Notes under the pieces: generated by a model
Seen by the model: the letters and a program-made list of their open reading frames with translations, nothing else
Told to the model about the DNA's origin: nothing
Databases searched by the model: none
From: Phoronis australis
Lineage: Eukaryota > Animalia > Phoronida
Direction: 5' to 3'
Assembly: GCA_002633005.1 (NCBI GenBank)
Contig: NMRA01000035.1
Coordinates: 1,331,059-1,395,058 of the forward strand
Length of the DNA: 64,000 nt
Shown here: piece by piece, positions 51,401 through 60,741 of the stretch
Position numbering within the stretch: the stretch's first letter is position 1
How the letters are laid out: every line of letters starts with the position of its first letter
Translations under genes and position numbers: made by a program

Positions 51401-53219
51401 ATTGCTTATGACATCTTCCAGTGTGTAGTAATCACTGTTATCTTTGATTGGCAGATGCTTCAATTTGTCATACTTATCCATATTCCATCCGCCATACAGT
51501 TTTAAGATCGAGTAGTTTTCACTGATGTTCATCTGAAATGGACTGAAAAGCATACAAGTTTAAAAATCCAAAATGTGACTTTTAAGAAATCAATTTTTAA
51601 TCAGCAAAGCAACCATCTGGAGATATTACAAAAATAACTTGCAAATTAAGATAACACAATCTTCTATCGTCATAACCTTTACTTCCTAGCACACATGTTT
51701 AATCTTTTTCAACGCCTACCTGGAAGTATAAGGTCTGAACCGTTCATCTGTACCGTCTTGAGGTTTGGACTGAATTTGAGGGTTGTTGATTTCAATCACG
51801 TCGCCAATGTGAAACATGGAGGCTAGCATTTGTATGTGGTCTTTGCTTCCCCAGCATGTTGCATTGATAAAATCCACAGAAGAATCTCGCACAGTAAAAC
51901 TCAACAGGTGTCTCTCTGAACCAGGGTCTGTCAAAATGCGTTACGAACTATGCATTCTTTGAGGCATAAATGCTAATTCGTAAGCATGCACATGAATGCG
52001 TTAAAATAAGAGTGACTGATTTGGTTTGAAAAGCCCAATTGCCTTGCACAAACAATGCAATGATCAAATGTTTAAAATGTGATAAGTAAATCAAGATCAT
52101 ACTTTCTTTGTCTTTGAAATAAAATTAGTCACAGAAGCCCACGACAAGAGTAGTCAGTGTTTATCACAAAACAGTATAAGACATGCTTTATTTTGTCCAT
52201 TACTAAAGTGCAGAAATTATTTCACACTCATTGTGTTCCTTATAAGAATAGTGAAAGGTAAGTTTACTCACTCTTTTTACTTAAAATTGCCTTTGACGAT
52301 TCTTTAGCAATTACTACACCAACAATGGTCTAAAGAAAAATCACGTGACAAGTTCAACAATACAAAGAAATGAGGAAATGCAGTGATAGTTGATAGCAAG
52401 CTCCAATACACATCAAATAATGCAAAAATAGCATATACTGTGTGCATGTGAGTGTGTGCCTGTGTTTGTGCAATATATACATATTCTCAGCTACTTGGCT
52501 TGTAGAAAATAGTGAAGAATTATTATAGCATCATATAATCACCTAGGTGTACTGCATGTACGGTGCATGTAATTAGTTAGCAACTTAATTTTAATGATTG
52601 AATTGGTGTTTTCACAATATTTACTGGGAATGTATACATCTCTTTAATTTCCATCTAAACATTACATGGGTTAGCTTAATTAGCTCTGGTCTTTGCACCA
52701 TTCATTTTGAAATAGGCGCCTCAAAACTGGTATCAGGTGGTGCTGAGCAAAGAGACGGAGACAAAAGGAGACAGACCCATTTGCGCTGGCATCAGGTGAT
52801 GCTGGGAACAAAATTTTAACTCCCTCTTTCATTTAAAAAAGAGAGCAAACAATCCGGTTCTTCAGGTGGTATCAGGAGATGCTGAGGAAAAAAGAATCCC
52901 GGCCATTTTTGGTGGCATTAGGTGACTTTTCAATCTAAAAACATTCCACATCGATTCCCAAGAAAACATACAACTGAGTCTGTCATACTATTTTAGGGTT
53001 AATGGAGGGAATAAACATAGAATTTTCAGTTTGCTAAGAAAAGAAGAAAGACAGCCAACTTACTATGTTGTTTACTCCCACGACTAGATTGCGGATTGCA
53101 GTTGTACCGGTATGGACAGGATCAGAATTGCTAGGGTAGGTATTGGTCGTGGTCCACCTCCTTGACATGTTACTCTCATATCCATCCGCAAAATCATCAA
53201 AATTTCCGGACCATGCCAT
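42355..53219 (-). CDS. MEIOB: Meiosis-specific OB-fold protein MEIOB, complete gene, 12 coding exons, 1494 nt, 497 aa
   Basis: Exons 53064-53219, 52272-52329, 51720-51927, 51350-51542, 49677-49777, 49067-49119, 48401-48496, 47286-47378, 46441-46591, 45786-45987, 44725-44811 and 42355-42450 join in frame with GT-AG ends. Motifs recognised from MEIOB: IVGVVIAK, PGSER..LSFTVRDS..DFINATCWGS, DYYTLEDV, RCELKLFD, CxxC...CxxxxC, LSDYTGS, TELKWKFLLEKCKVYLK, ILSCALADP. Confidence 0.95.
42881..43254. mobile_element. MITE family B copy in the last MEIOB intron (left end damaged)
   Basis: Collinear similarity to 9360-9772, including gtccctatttgggactgtttca. Confidence 0.75.
44725..44811 (-). CDS. MEIOB: MEIOB coding exon 11 (INDFLAFPEHQRTELKWKFLLEKCKVYLK)
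   Basis: ttttcag acceptor, AAG|gtagga donor, 87 nt. Confidence 0.93.
45347..45425. repeat. 18-bp C-rich minisatellite (ccctccaccaccctcacc), about 4 copies, in a MEIOB intron
   Basis: Read directly. Confidence 0.9.
45786..45987 (-). CDS. MEIOB: MEIOB coding exon 10 (CAKC...CVNASC zinc motif; LSDYTGS...MLGCD)
   Basis: ttttcag acceptor, GAT|gtacgt donor, 202 nt. Confidence 0.93.
46441..46591 (-). CDS. MEIOB: MEIOB coding exon 9 (LDDIQEVLTVE...YAIVFAYLTMLNLD...SVK)
   Basis: tgtttacag acceptor, TG|gtaggt donor, 151 nt. Confidence 0.9.
47286..47378 (-). CDS. MEIOB: MEIOB coding exon 8 (DTREAHSLYRYAQTVDFDEFASEDNGREPVN)
   Basis: ctttgcag acceptor, T|gtgagt donor, 93 nt. Confidence 0.88.
48401..48496 (-). 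CDS. MEIOB: MEIOB coding exon 7 (VLFAVDVRVSYDDFRKSMIATADCKTVFILNP)
   Basis: ttttgcag acceptor, G|gtgaaa donor, 96 nt. Confidence 0.92.
49067..49119 (-). CDS. MEIOB: MEIOB coding exon 6 (WDREQIDQIQTLTPRDY)
   Basis: ttttgtag acceptor, G|gtacat donor, 53 nt; phases fit both neighbours. Confidence 0.88.
49368..49424 (-). mobile_element. Decayed tRNA-derived SINE head
   Basis: tagctcgatcaacagagcattggactgcaacc...caggttcca. Confidence 0.4.
49677..49777 (-). CDS. MEIOB: MEIOB coding exon 5 (IGPTKDIVTKTGRHTQRCELKLFDDTCSSFPLIL)
   Basis: Not in the ORF track; translated by hand. gctttag acceptor, CT|gtaagt donor, 101 nt. Confidence 0.92.
50144..50392. mobile_element. MITE, about 250 bp, in a MEIOB intron
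   Basis: TIR gggacccgttccagcaaaactgac / gtcagtttcctggaacaggccc; a related right end lies at 32978-33012. Confidence 0.7.
51350..51542 (-). CDS. MEIOB: MEIOB coding exon 4 (PFQMNISENYS...DYYTLEDV...LLASVKH)
   Basis: ttttcag acceptor, CAT|gtgaga donor, 193 nt. Confidence 0.93.
51720..51927 (-). CDS. MEIOB: MEIOB coding exon 3 (NPGSERHLLSFTVRDSSVDFINATCWGS...RFRPYTS)
   Basis: Conserved first OB-fold segment; gacag acceptor, AG|gtaggc donor, 208 nt. Confidence 0.95.
52272..52329 (-). CDS. MEIOB: MEIOB coding exon 2 (TIVGVVIAKESSKAILSKK)
   Basis: ttttctttag acceptor, A|gtgagt donor, 58 nt. Confidence 0.92.
53064..53219 (-). CDS. MEIOB: MEIOB coding exon 1 (MAWSGNFDDF...RNLVVGVNNI)
   Basis: ATG at 53219; donor ATA|gtaagt, phase 0. 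An acceptor (tttgtttttag) before 53247 implies an upstream non-coding exon. Confidence 0.85.
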
Positions 53220-53401
53220 TATACTCAAATCAAGAATTCTTCAAGATCTAAAAACAAAAATTTAGAAAAATTAGGGACCCCAATACATATCAACTTTCTC
53301 TTGTTCAGTAGCGATTCCAGACAAGAGCGGAGGTGAATTTCTAGTTAGATCCTAGTCTGCACAGTTCATTGTCTGTTATCAGCAGCACACCAACTATACA
53401 G

Positions 53402-53662
53402 CCCGGGGGGAGGGGGGTCAGTTATGTTAAGGTGCCCACAGGCGCATACCAAAAGTTTTTTGATAGACTTCCTTTTGCGGTTGCCAGGTCTCTTAATTCC
53501 CACCCCGTTTTACAGGGTACATTTGATGAAAGGGACATTGAGGTGACTATTGGACCCCGCGTGGGTCCCGAAAAACTTGCTGAAAAAGCACCGCCTACCT
53601 GCAATTTTTGGTACACGCCTGTGAGCACCTCAGTTGTCCTTATGAGTGACCACCCCCTCGAG
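53402..53662. mobile_element. MITE with CCCGGGGGG-type termini just upstream of MEIOB coding exon 1
   Basis: cccggggggagggggtca ... tgaccaccccctcgag, plus the inverted pair aggtgcccacaggcg / cgcctgtgagcacct; GC-rich relative to the flanks. Confidence 0.65.
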
Positions 53663-55159
53663 TATACACCATGCTTTTAAGTGCAAAACTACTTCAAGAA
53701 GTTGGTTCTCATAGATGGATTTTTTTTTATTCAGAAACCAAAATGATTAGCATTTAATGAACAAATTGTGATTGCAATAATAGGTGACTTCAAAAATTTG
53801 TTTATTTATTTCAGTACAGTGCAATCTCACTAGTTTAGAACACAATGTGGCTGACAAGTCAAATTTAATTGGTCATTTTTTCATCAAGGATTAGTAACAG
53901 CTTTTAATCATAAATTAAAAACTTAACCATAACTCACCATCAGAATTAAAGAAACTGTAAGTCTACTAAATACCAATTTTGTTAATTATTTTTGGTAACT
54001 TGATTTTATGCAATGTAGCAGTCAGATTGAGTAAGATTTTATGAATGTAGGCAATTTTCAAGCAAAATGCTTGGTAGCTTGGAACCATACTGTCACCAGT
54101 CGCATTTACATTCTAAACACATTGATGCTGGGGTCTCAATAACACTGAAATTGTTTCCAGGCGAAGAAGCTTTGTCCCCGCTAACATGAAAATGGATTCT
54201 GCACCTCCCTGATATCTTTTCATCTCTTATCATACACAGACATGCACCGAGCTCATTGACAATCACTACCTGTGCTGTAATCGTTCTGTATACTAATTAA
54301 AATGCTTTTGCACACTCCTTGCATCCAATTATTTCTGCTTAGTAAGTGTTGCGGCAACCGTGAACGACAGAAGGAACATTTTCAAAAGCACTATTTGTAT
54401 CTTAAAAGTTTTGACGTAGTGTCTTGAAGGACTGTGTCGTTTCCCTACAGAAGGAAATTAACAAGCCTGAACAAGAGAAAGTTGAAATGGTATGAAATCA
54501 TCAGTGATCCATGAAAAATGTTAACTCCACAGTGACCCAGAAAAAATCTTAACGACCACCATTTTGGAAAAAACAGAATCTGAGTATGGTCAAGTTTCTT
54601 CAATTTAGAACACACAACGACAGAATGGTGAAAATTATTTGATCAAAATATTGAACCACAAAAGTAACCAGGAAGGAAACTGGTCATCATTTCCAAAGTT
54701 TAAATCCAACAACTGTCATCAACAGATAATGCAATAAAAGTTTGTTTTAACAATACAATTAGGTTTAGAATATTATGATCTTGGAATATTTTTCTTGAAA
54801 TTTTACAAAATTTTACTGTAAACGTGGTAGAATACTGGGTTTACATAGTTTACCCCTAGTACTCACTGGTGCTTCCAAACAGTCCATCCTTTGTGTTCTA
54901 AGCTCAATGCTAATTTAGAAAAAATAACTCCATTCAACTGCTTTTCTGACCAGTAAACCACCTGAAGTGAACTTAATTTGACAATGCAGTATACAAGCAG
55001 TGGAATTGTACTGCGAATTTATTAATAACCCAGTTCTTAATACCTAATATACTTCATGCATGTCCATAAATGAAAGTTCAATTACATGCAAAAAATCTTA
55101 CATTGACATCCTTGTCGGTCAAGATTGTACAACTTAACCAGCCGCAATGAACAAACCAG

Positions 55160-55500
55160 AAATCAAAACAGTTGGAGCTCAAATGAACCAATGTTTCTAT
55201 TCAGATAGCACTCAGCGCACTTCAACCGAAAATGCATGTAGCCTCCTTTGTGAGAAGCCTGAGAGTGGCATGATCCTTGTCCAAGAACACCAGACTCAAT
55301 CTATAGTGTGACCAGTTGTCAATGAATGGTTAAGAACAACATTATGTGTGTCTTTACAGTGTTCCTTGACTCTGATACTGAGAATCCTGTTGGTCATTCC
55401 AATGTAAAACTGTTCACATTCATTACAGTTGAGCTAGTACACATCGTGACTTCTTTGACAATTACAAATCGTGGGTGGATTTTTTTTTGTTAAAAGACCG
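55160..55500 (-). mobile_element. Penelope-like retroelement relic (GIY-YIG endonuclease C-terminus)
   Basis: Hand translation VY*LNCNECEQFYIGMTNRILSIRVKEH...HSLTTGHTID*...LLTKEATCI...LNRNIGSFELQLF, with stops and frameshifts. Confidence 0.75.
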
Positions 55501-55819
55501 TTCTTAACTGATGTAAGTAATGAATTTGGCAATATCTTCCAACGCAAAGTGGTTGTTGCATTATTTACCACCAACACTTGGAGACAGGCTAGATCTTATC
55601 AATACTGCAGTTTGCAAGCAATCTGGTGCACGTGGCAGTACTGCACATGGAAATCACAACATTCCTGTAAAGAACCAAACCACCTCCTCACTATTGACAC
55701 TGATTGTGAGGTAGGCCTCTCATGGGCTTCATTGGTAATGAATCTGATTGAGACTTCAGTGTAAATGTGGTTAGCGTGTAATGAACAACCTATCTGCTGG
55801 ATCAATGACTGAATTACCC

Positions 55820-55888
55820 ATTGCCCTGAATGTTAGGTCACTGAGTTCACTCCTATTGCCCTGAATGTTAGGGCACTGAGTTCACTCC
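55820..55888. repeat. 35-bp tandem duplication
   Basis: attgccctgaatgttaggKcactgagttcactcc twice. Confidence 0.9.
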
Positions 55889-57480
55889 AGATTACATTAA
55901 TTGATAGTTAAACAAGTTTGACACTTAGAACATGACTGTCTTTCGTACAGTTTCTTAGATCCATGGTAATAATTCAGTAATTTTGCATAAAAATAACTAC
56001 CTGTATGGCATTTCTAATAATCAAAAGCTGAGTATTTTGCTTTAAGAATGAAATCTGTACCCTTCAAAAAATTTGTTTCTATTTAATTTTTTCAATAATT
56101 TAAATTTGACAACAATGTATTCTACTTTTTGAACTTCAAAAATGAAATATTGCCATTATCCAAATACCGGTAATGGAATATCATTATTGTGACAAAGCAA
56201 ATCATACTTTAAACACAATTAATTTCATAATGGACAACATTAAACTTTAATATTATGCTTAATGTAAACCAAATCAGTAAATTTATTTTTTTTTTGAAAT
56301 TTAATAGTCTGAAGCTGGCTGCCAAACATTGGAAACTTGGCCTGTTTCACTACAGCACCTTGTATTTTATCAATAGATTTGTATAAGTTCCTTTGTCTTC
56401 GCAAAGACATCAGTAAATTAGGAAATCCAATTTAAGTACTTATTATGAGGAACAGAACAGTTGTCACATTAGTGATGGCTTCTTGGCACTGAATAAAACA
56501 GTGACTCTAAATTGATATACCCTATACAAAAACTAATGATTTTGCACAAACTGTTGGGCTTCTGGAATTGAATTCCTCATAAAAATTAAATTTTGGATCA
56601 TTTTGACCTGAAGAAATGCAATGAAAATTAGCCAAAATAGTTAGGTTTTGTTTCTCTGCCACCCTAGCTTTGATGTCTCAAAATACTGAACTTTTTGAAC
56701 TGTGATAGTTAATTGGCCTCTTGAGTCATTACGACATTTTCCCGTTGATCCCAATGAGATCATAACTAGCCTGACTGGGCTGTGCTGATAAAAATAAAAG
56801 TTATAACAAATTTGAAAGTAAACCAATAACAGTTCTTAATTCCTTGTCAAATGCTGATCATATCTAGTTTTTGAATCGACAAAATCGCCCAACTAGTACA
56901 ACCAAAGTAACGACATTCTATTGTTTCCAAACGTACCAATTCGCTCTGGGTTTGACTGTGTTCACAGGTGGTCTGTAATAAGCCTGATAAGATAATTGCC
57001 CGTTGTCACACCAGACAAAAGACTGTGCTTGGCAGTTAACAAAGGAGCTAGGTTATCACACGCTCAACCCTCAAAGTCTGGTAAAGTCACTGTGACTGAA
57101 CGGGAGAATGCCATCATGCATGATGCCAAACAAGAGACCACAAGAACACTCAACTATGGACTGGGTAAAACTCATGTCTTGTAGAGTTGAAACTAAATGG
57201 GGCGTTTTTGTAAGGGAACAGCATAACCATCGATTTTTTCAGGATTTAGAAGTCACTTACACAGCCACACGGGGTCAGAGGCCTGCAGGTCCCTCGGTTG
57301 AGTTTTGCTAAACCTAGTTTCATGCCCTTTATTTAGTGGAGAAAGCTGATTCTAAAAATGCAGTAAGCTAGCATTTAGGATTTATTTTGAATCTTGCCTA
57401 CTGAAATGGAAGTGATTAATTATTACCTTAGTTTTCTTGGACACTCCTGCATGTAGATGGAGTTCAAAACTAAAGCCCGC

Positions 57481-57629
57481 GGTTGAGTTCATTAACGCCA
57501 GAACCTCGCTAAGAACGAAACTTTGCAAGATTACGTGAGATATTTCCTTGTATTTTAAATGAGAGCACGTGATTTTGACTAGATTTTAGCGAGGTCCTAG
57601 CGTAAGTCCAAGCCTTACTGAACTCTACC
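57481..57629 (+). mobile_element. MITE family A, diverged (repeated at 59191-59339)
   Basis: Core agattacgtgagatatt...ttttaaatgagagcacgtgattttgactagattttagcgaggtcctagcgt. Confidence 0.8.
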
Positions 57630-58345
57630 CGGGTCGTCTGCTCTCCGCCTAAATGAAATAGACCTAACCATGGTTTCACACGCCAATCAAACTAAAAAAT
57701 TAACCAAAGCAGATACAATTTTATGTTCCGTGTTTATAGAAATGAAATATACGGCGAACCTTCCTATGAACATAAACTGTTTCAAAACGTTCTCAAAACC
57801 GTCTTCGTCTGTCACCTTTCCAAGCCTTTAAAAATGGCGCTACAATCCACTTGAAGATCAAACTTGAAACGAAGAAATATTTTGTAAAACATTTATTAAA
57901 TAAATTCATTTAAGCGGAAATAGTATAGTTTTTTTGAAAAACTCAATGCTATTACAAATTTTAGCTGAAAATGTGGTAGCCGTTGACTGATAAACAAAAA
58001 ATTAGTTGACTATAAAACCATGCCAAAATTATTATTTTGTAATAATCTGTCATGGCCAACGCGGAAGAGGCTGGTGTGAATGTGATGGATGTGCAGAAAG
58101 ACGAGCATTCTGTTGATTTACGTGAACAGCGATTTTATGCATTGTATGAATATCGTGCTAACAGGTCTGTGCTTAATTTAAACCTATTATGTAGTTTGTC
58201 ATCATGATTTTTCGTGCTATTAATCAACTAATTTATCGACGTACTACAAGCCCTGATTTGATTCAAAAGACAGAATTTACATCATTCACACTTCACAGCC
58301 AGGCGTCCTAAAGCTTCTAATCGTCCCCAACACACTCTATATATA

Positions 58346-58627
58346 CAGGGCTCGACATAACGAGCTGCAGGTCGCATTTGCGACCTGAAATTTGGAAATG
58401 CGAGCTGAGATTTTTGTCAGCTCGTATAAAGTCGCAAAATGCGACCTGGAATTTCCAACGAATGCGAGCTGAGTTTTTACACTTCTCAACAGATACCTGG
58501 CAAATACAAAGCAGCTCTTGTTAATCCGACCGTTATTTGGTTGTTGCCAAATACAAGTTCAAAAGAACACTAACCGAGAACAGGCCTCCCGATGACTTGT
58601 AAGCAAGTCGCGTGAACATGGGATATG
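58346..58627. mobile_element. Left end of a CAGGG-terminus (hAT-like) element inserted in a TA run, cut by the N at 58628
   Basis: cagggctcgaca start; repeated subterminal motifs gtcgca..tgcgacctg and atgcgagctgag; absent from the duplicate copy at 60055. Confidence 0.55.
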
Positions 58628-60009
58628 NCAAACGTACCAATTTACTCTGGGTTTGACTGTGTTCACAGGTGGTCTGTAATAAGCCTGATAGATAACTGGC
58701 CTGCCCGTTTTCACACCAGACAAAAGACTGTGCTTGGCAGTTAACAAAGGAGCTAGATGTTATCACACGCTCACAACCCTCAAAGTCTGGTAAAGTCACC
58801 GTGACTGAACGTGAGAATGCCGTCATGCATGATGCCAAACAAGAGAACACAAGAACACTCAACTATGGACTGGGTAGAAACCCATGTCCTGTAGAGTTGA
58901 AACTAAATGGGACATTTTTGTAATGGAACAGCATAACCACGGATTTTTTCGGGATTTAAGTCACTTACACAGCCACACGGGGTCAGAGCCAGAGGCCAGC
59001 AGGTCCCTTGGTCGAGTTTTGCTAAACCTAGTTTCATCCCCTTTATTTAGTGGAGAAAGCTGATTCTAAAAATGCAGTATGCTAGCATTTAGGATTTATT
59101 TTGAATCTTGCCTACTGAAATGGAAGTGGTTATTACCTTAGTTTTCTTGGACACTCCTGCATGTAGACGGAGTTCAAAACTGAAGCCCGCGGTTGAGTTC
59201 ATTAACGCCAGAGCCTCGCTAAAAACGAAACTTTGCGAGATTACGTGAGATATTTCCTGGTATTTTAAATGAGAGCACGTGATTTTGACTAGATTTTAGC
59301 GAGGTCCTAGCGTAAGTCCAAGCCGTACTGAACTCTACCCGGGTCGTCTGCTCTCCGCCTAAATAAAATAGACCTAACCATGCTTTCACACCCCAATCAA
59401 ACTAAAAAAGAACCAAAGCAGATACAATTTCGTGTTCCGTGTTTATAGAAATGAAATATAAGGCGAACCTTCCAATGAACATAAACTATTTCAAAAAGTT
59501 CCCAAAACCGTCTTCTTCTGTCACCTTTCCAAGCCTTTAAAAATGGCGCTACAATCCACTTGAAGATCAAACTTGAAACGAAGAAATATTTTGTAAAACA
59601 TTTATCAATTAAGTTCGTTTAAGCTATAAAAGTATAACATGTTTTAAAATTTAATTATTTACAAAATTTTGTTGAAGCTGTGGTAGCTGTTGACTGATAA
59701 ACAAAGAATTAGTTGACTATAAAACCATGCCAAAATTATTATTTTCTAATAATCTGTCATGGCCAACACGGAAGAGGCTGGTGTGAATGTGATGGATGTG
59801 CAGAAAGACGAGCATTCTGTTGATTTACGTGAACAGCGATTTTATGCATTGTATGAATATCGTGCTAACAGGTCTGTGCTTAATTTAAACCTATTATGTA
59901 GTTTGTCATCATGATTTTTAGTGCTATTAATCAACTAATTTATCGACGTACTACAAGCCCTGATTTGATTCAAAATTTACATCATTCACTCAGATTCACA
60001 CTTCACAGC

Positions 60010-60741
60010 CAGGCGTCCTAAAGCTTCTAATCGTCCCCAACACACTCTATATATATATATGTATATGTATATGTATATACTACAAGGTATGACACTCCGG
60101 ACTAGAAATTCCACGGGTGCTTCACTTCAGCCATCCATAGCAAACACAAAACTCAATAAATTTACACAAAACAGGCGTTTAACAACCATGAGGAACTGTT
60201 CTTTCTCCCAATACCATTTGCGATGTTCTGCTCTATCGAGTTCGCTACAAATTCACTGTCAAAGCACAAAAATCTTCCCAAAAAGTCACTGCATACTATC
60301 AGTGTGCTTCACGCAATCGGGTCAAGGTCAAATAGGGTATGGAATAATCCGATGAGTTACGAATGGACGACAATTGCCAGTTCTGATCACGGAAGGTCGC
60401 GAAATGCTCTGGCTAAGGGCTTGCTAAGTGTGGAGTTATTAATGTTGTGACCTTCCGTGACAAATCGGCAATTTTCGTATAGCATATTGCCGGTACGCAG
60501 CGACTTTTTGGGGAGAAATTTTTCCTTTGACTGCGAATTTATTGCGGACCTTAAATGGTATTGGGAGAAAGAACGAATTCCTCGTGGGTTGCTGAACCCC
60601 TGTTTTGTATAAATTTATTGAGTTTTGTGTGTGCTATGGACAGTTGAAGTGAAGCACCCATGGAATTTCTAGTCCGGAATGTCCTTGTAGTATTCTATAT
60701 ATAAAGTGTATTGGGGGATGGTCAGAGGCTGAGGACGCCTG
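60010..60741. mobile_element. Foldback/palindromic element, about 730 bp (partial copies at 58300-58345 and 62200-62782)
   Basis: Ends caggcgtcc / ggacgcctg; inner arms 60079-60220 versus 60552-60691; further inverted blocks toward the centre. Confidence 0.85.

Larger units (their letters stand above)
56928..60055. repeat. Direct duplication of about 1.4 kb (56928-58345 and 58629-60055); second copy starts right after N at 58628
   Basis: Collinear throughout, with scattered SNPs and short indels. Confidence 0.95.

Noticed and set aside
52728-52927. Repeat-spacer pattern as CRISPR
   Set aside because: Repeats are degenerate, spacing is irregular (59, 80, 46 nt), and it lies in an intron.
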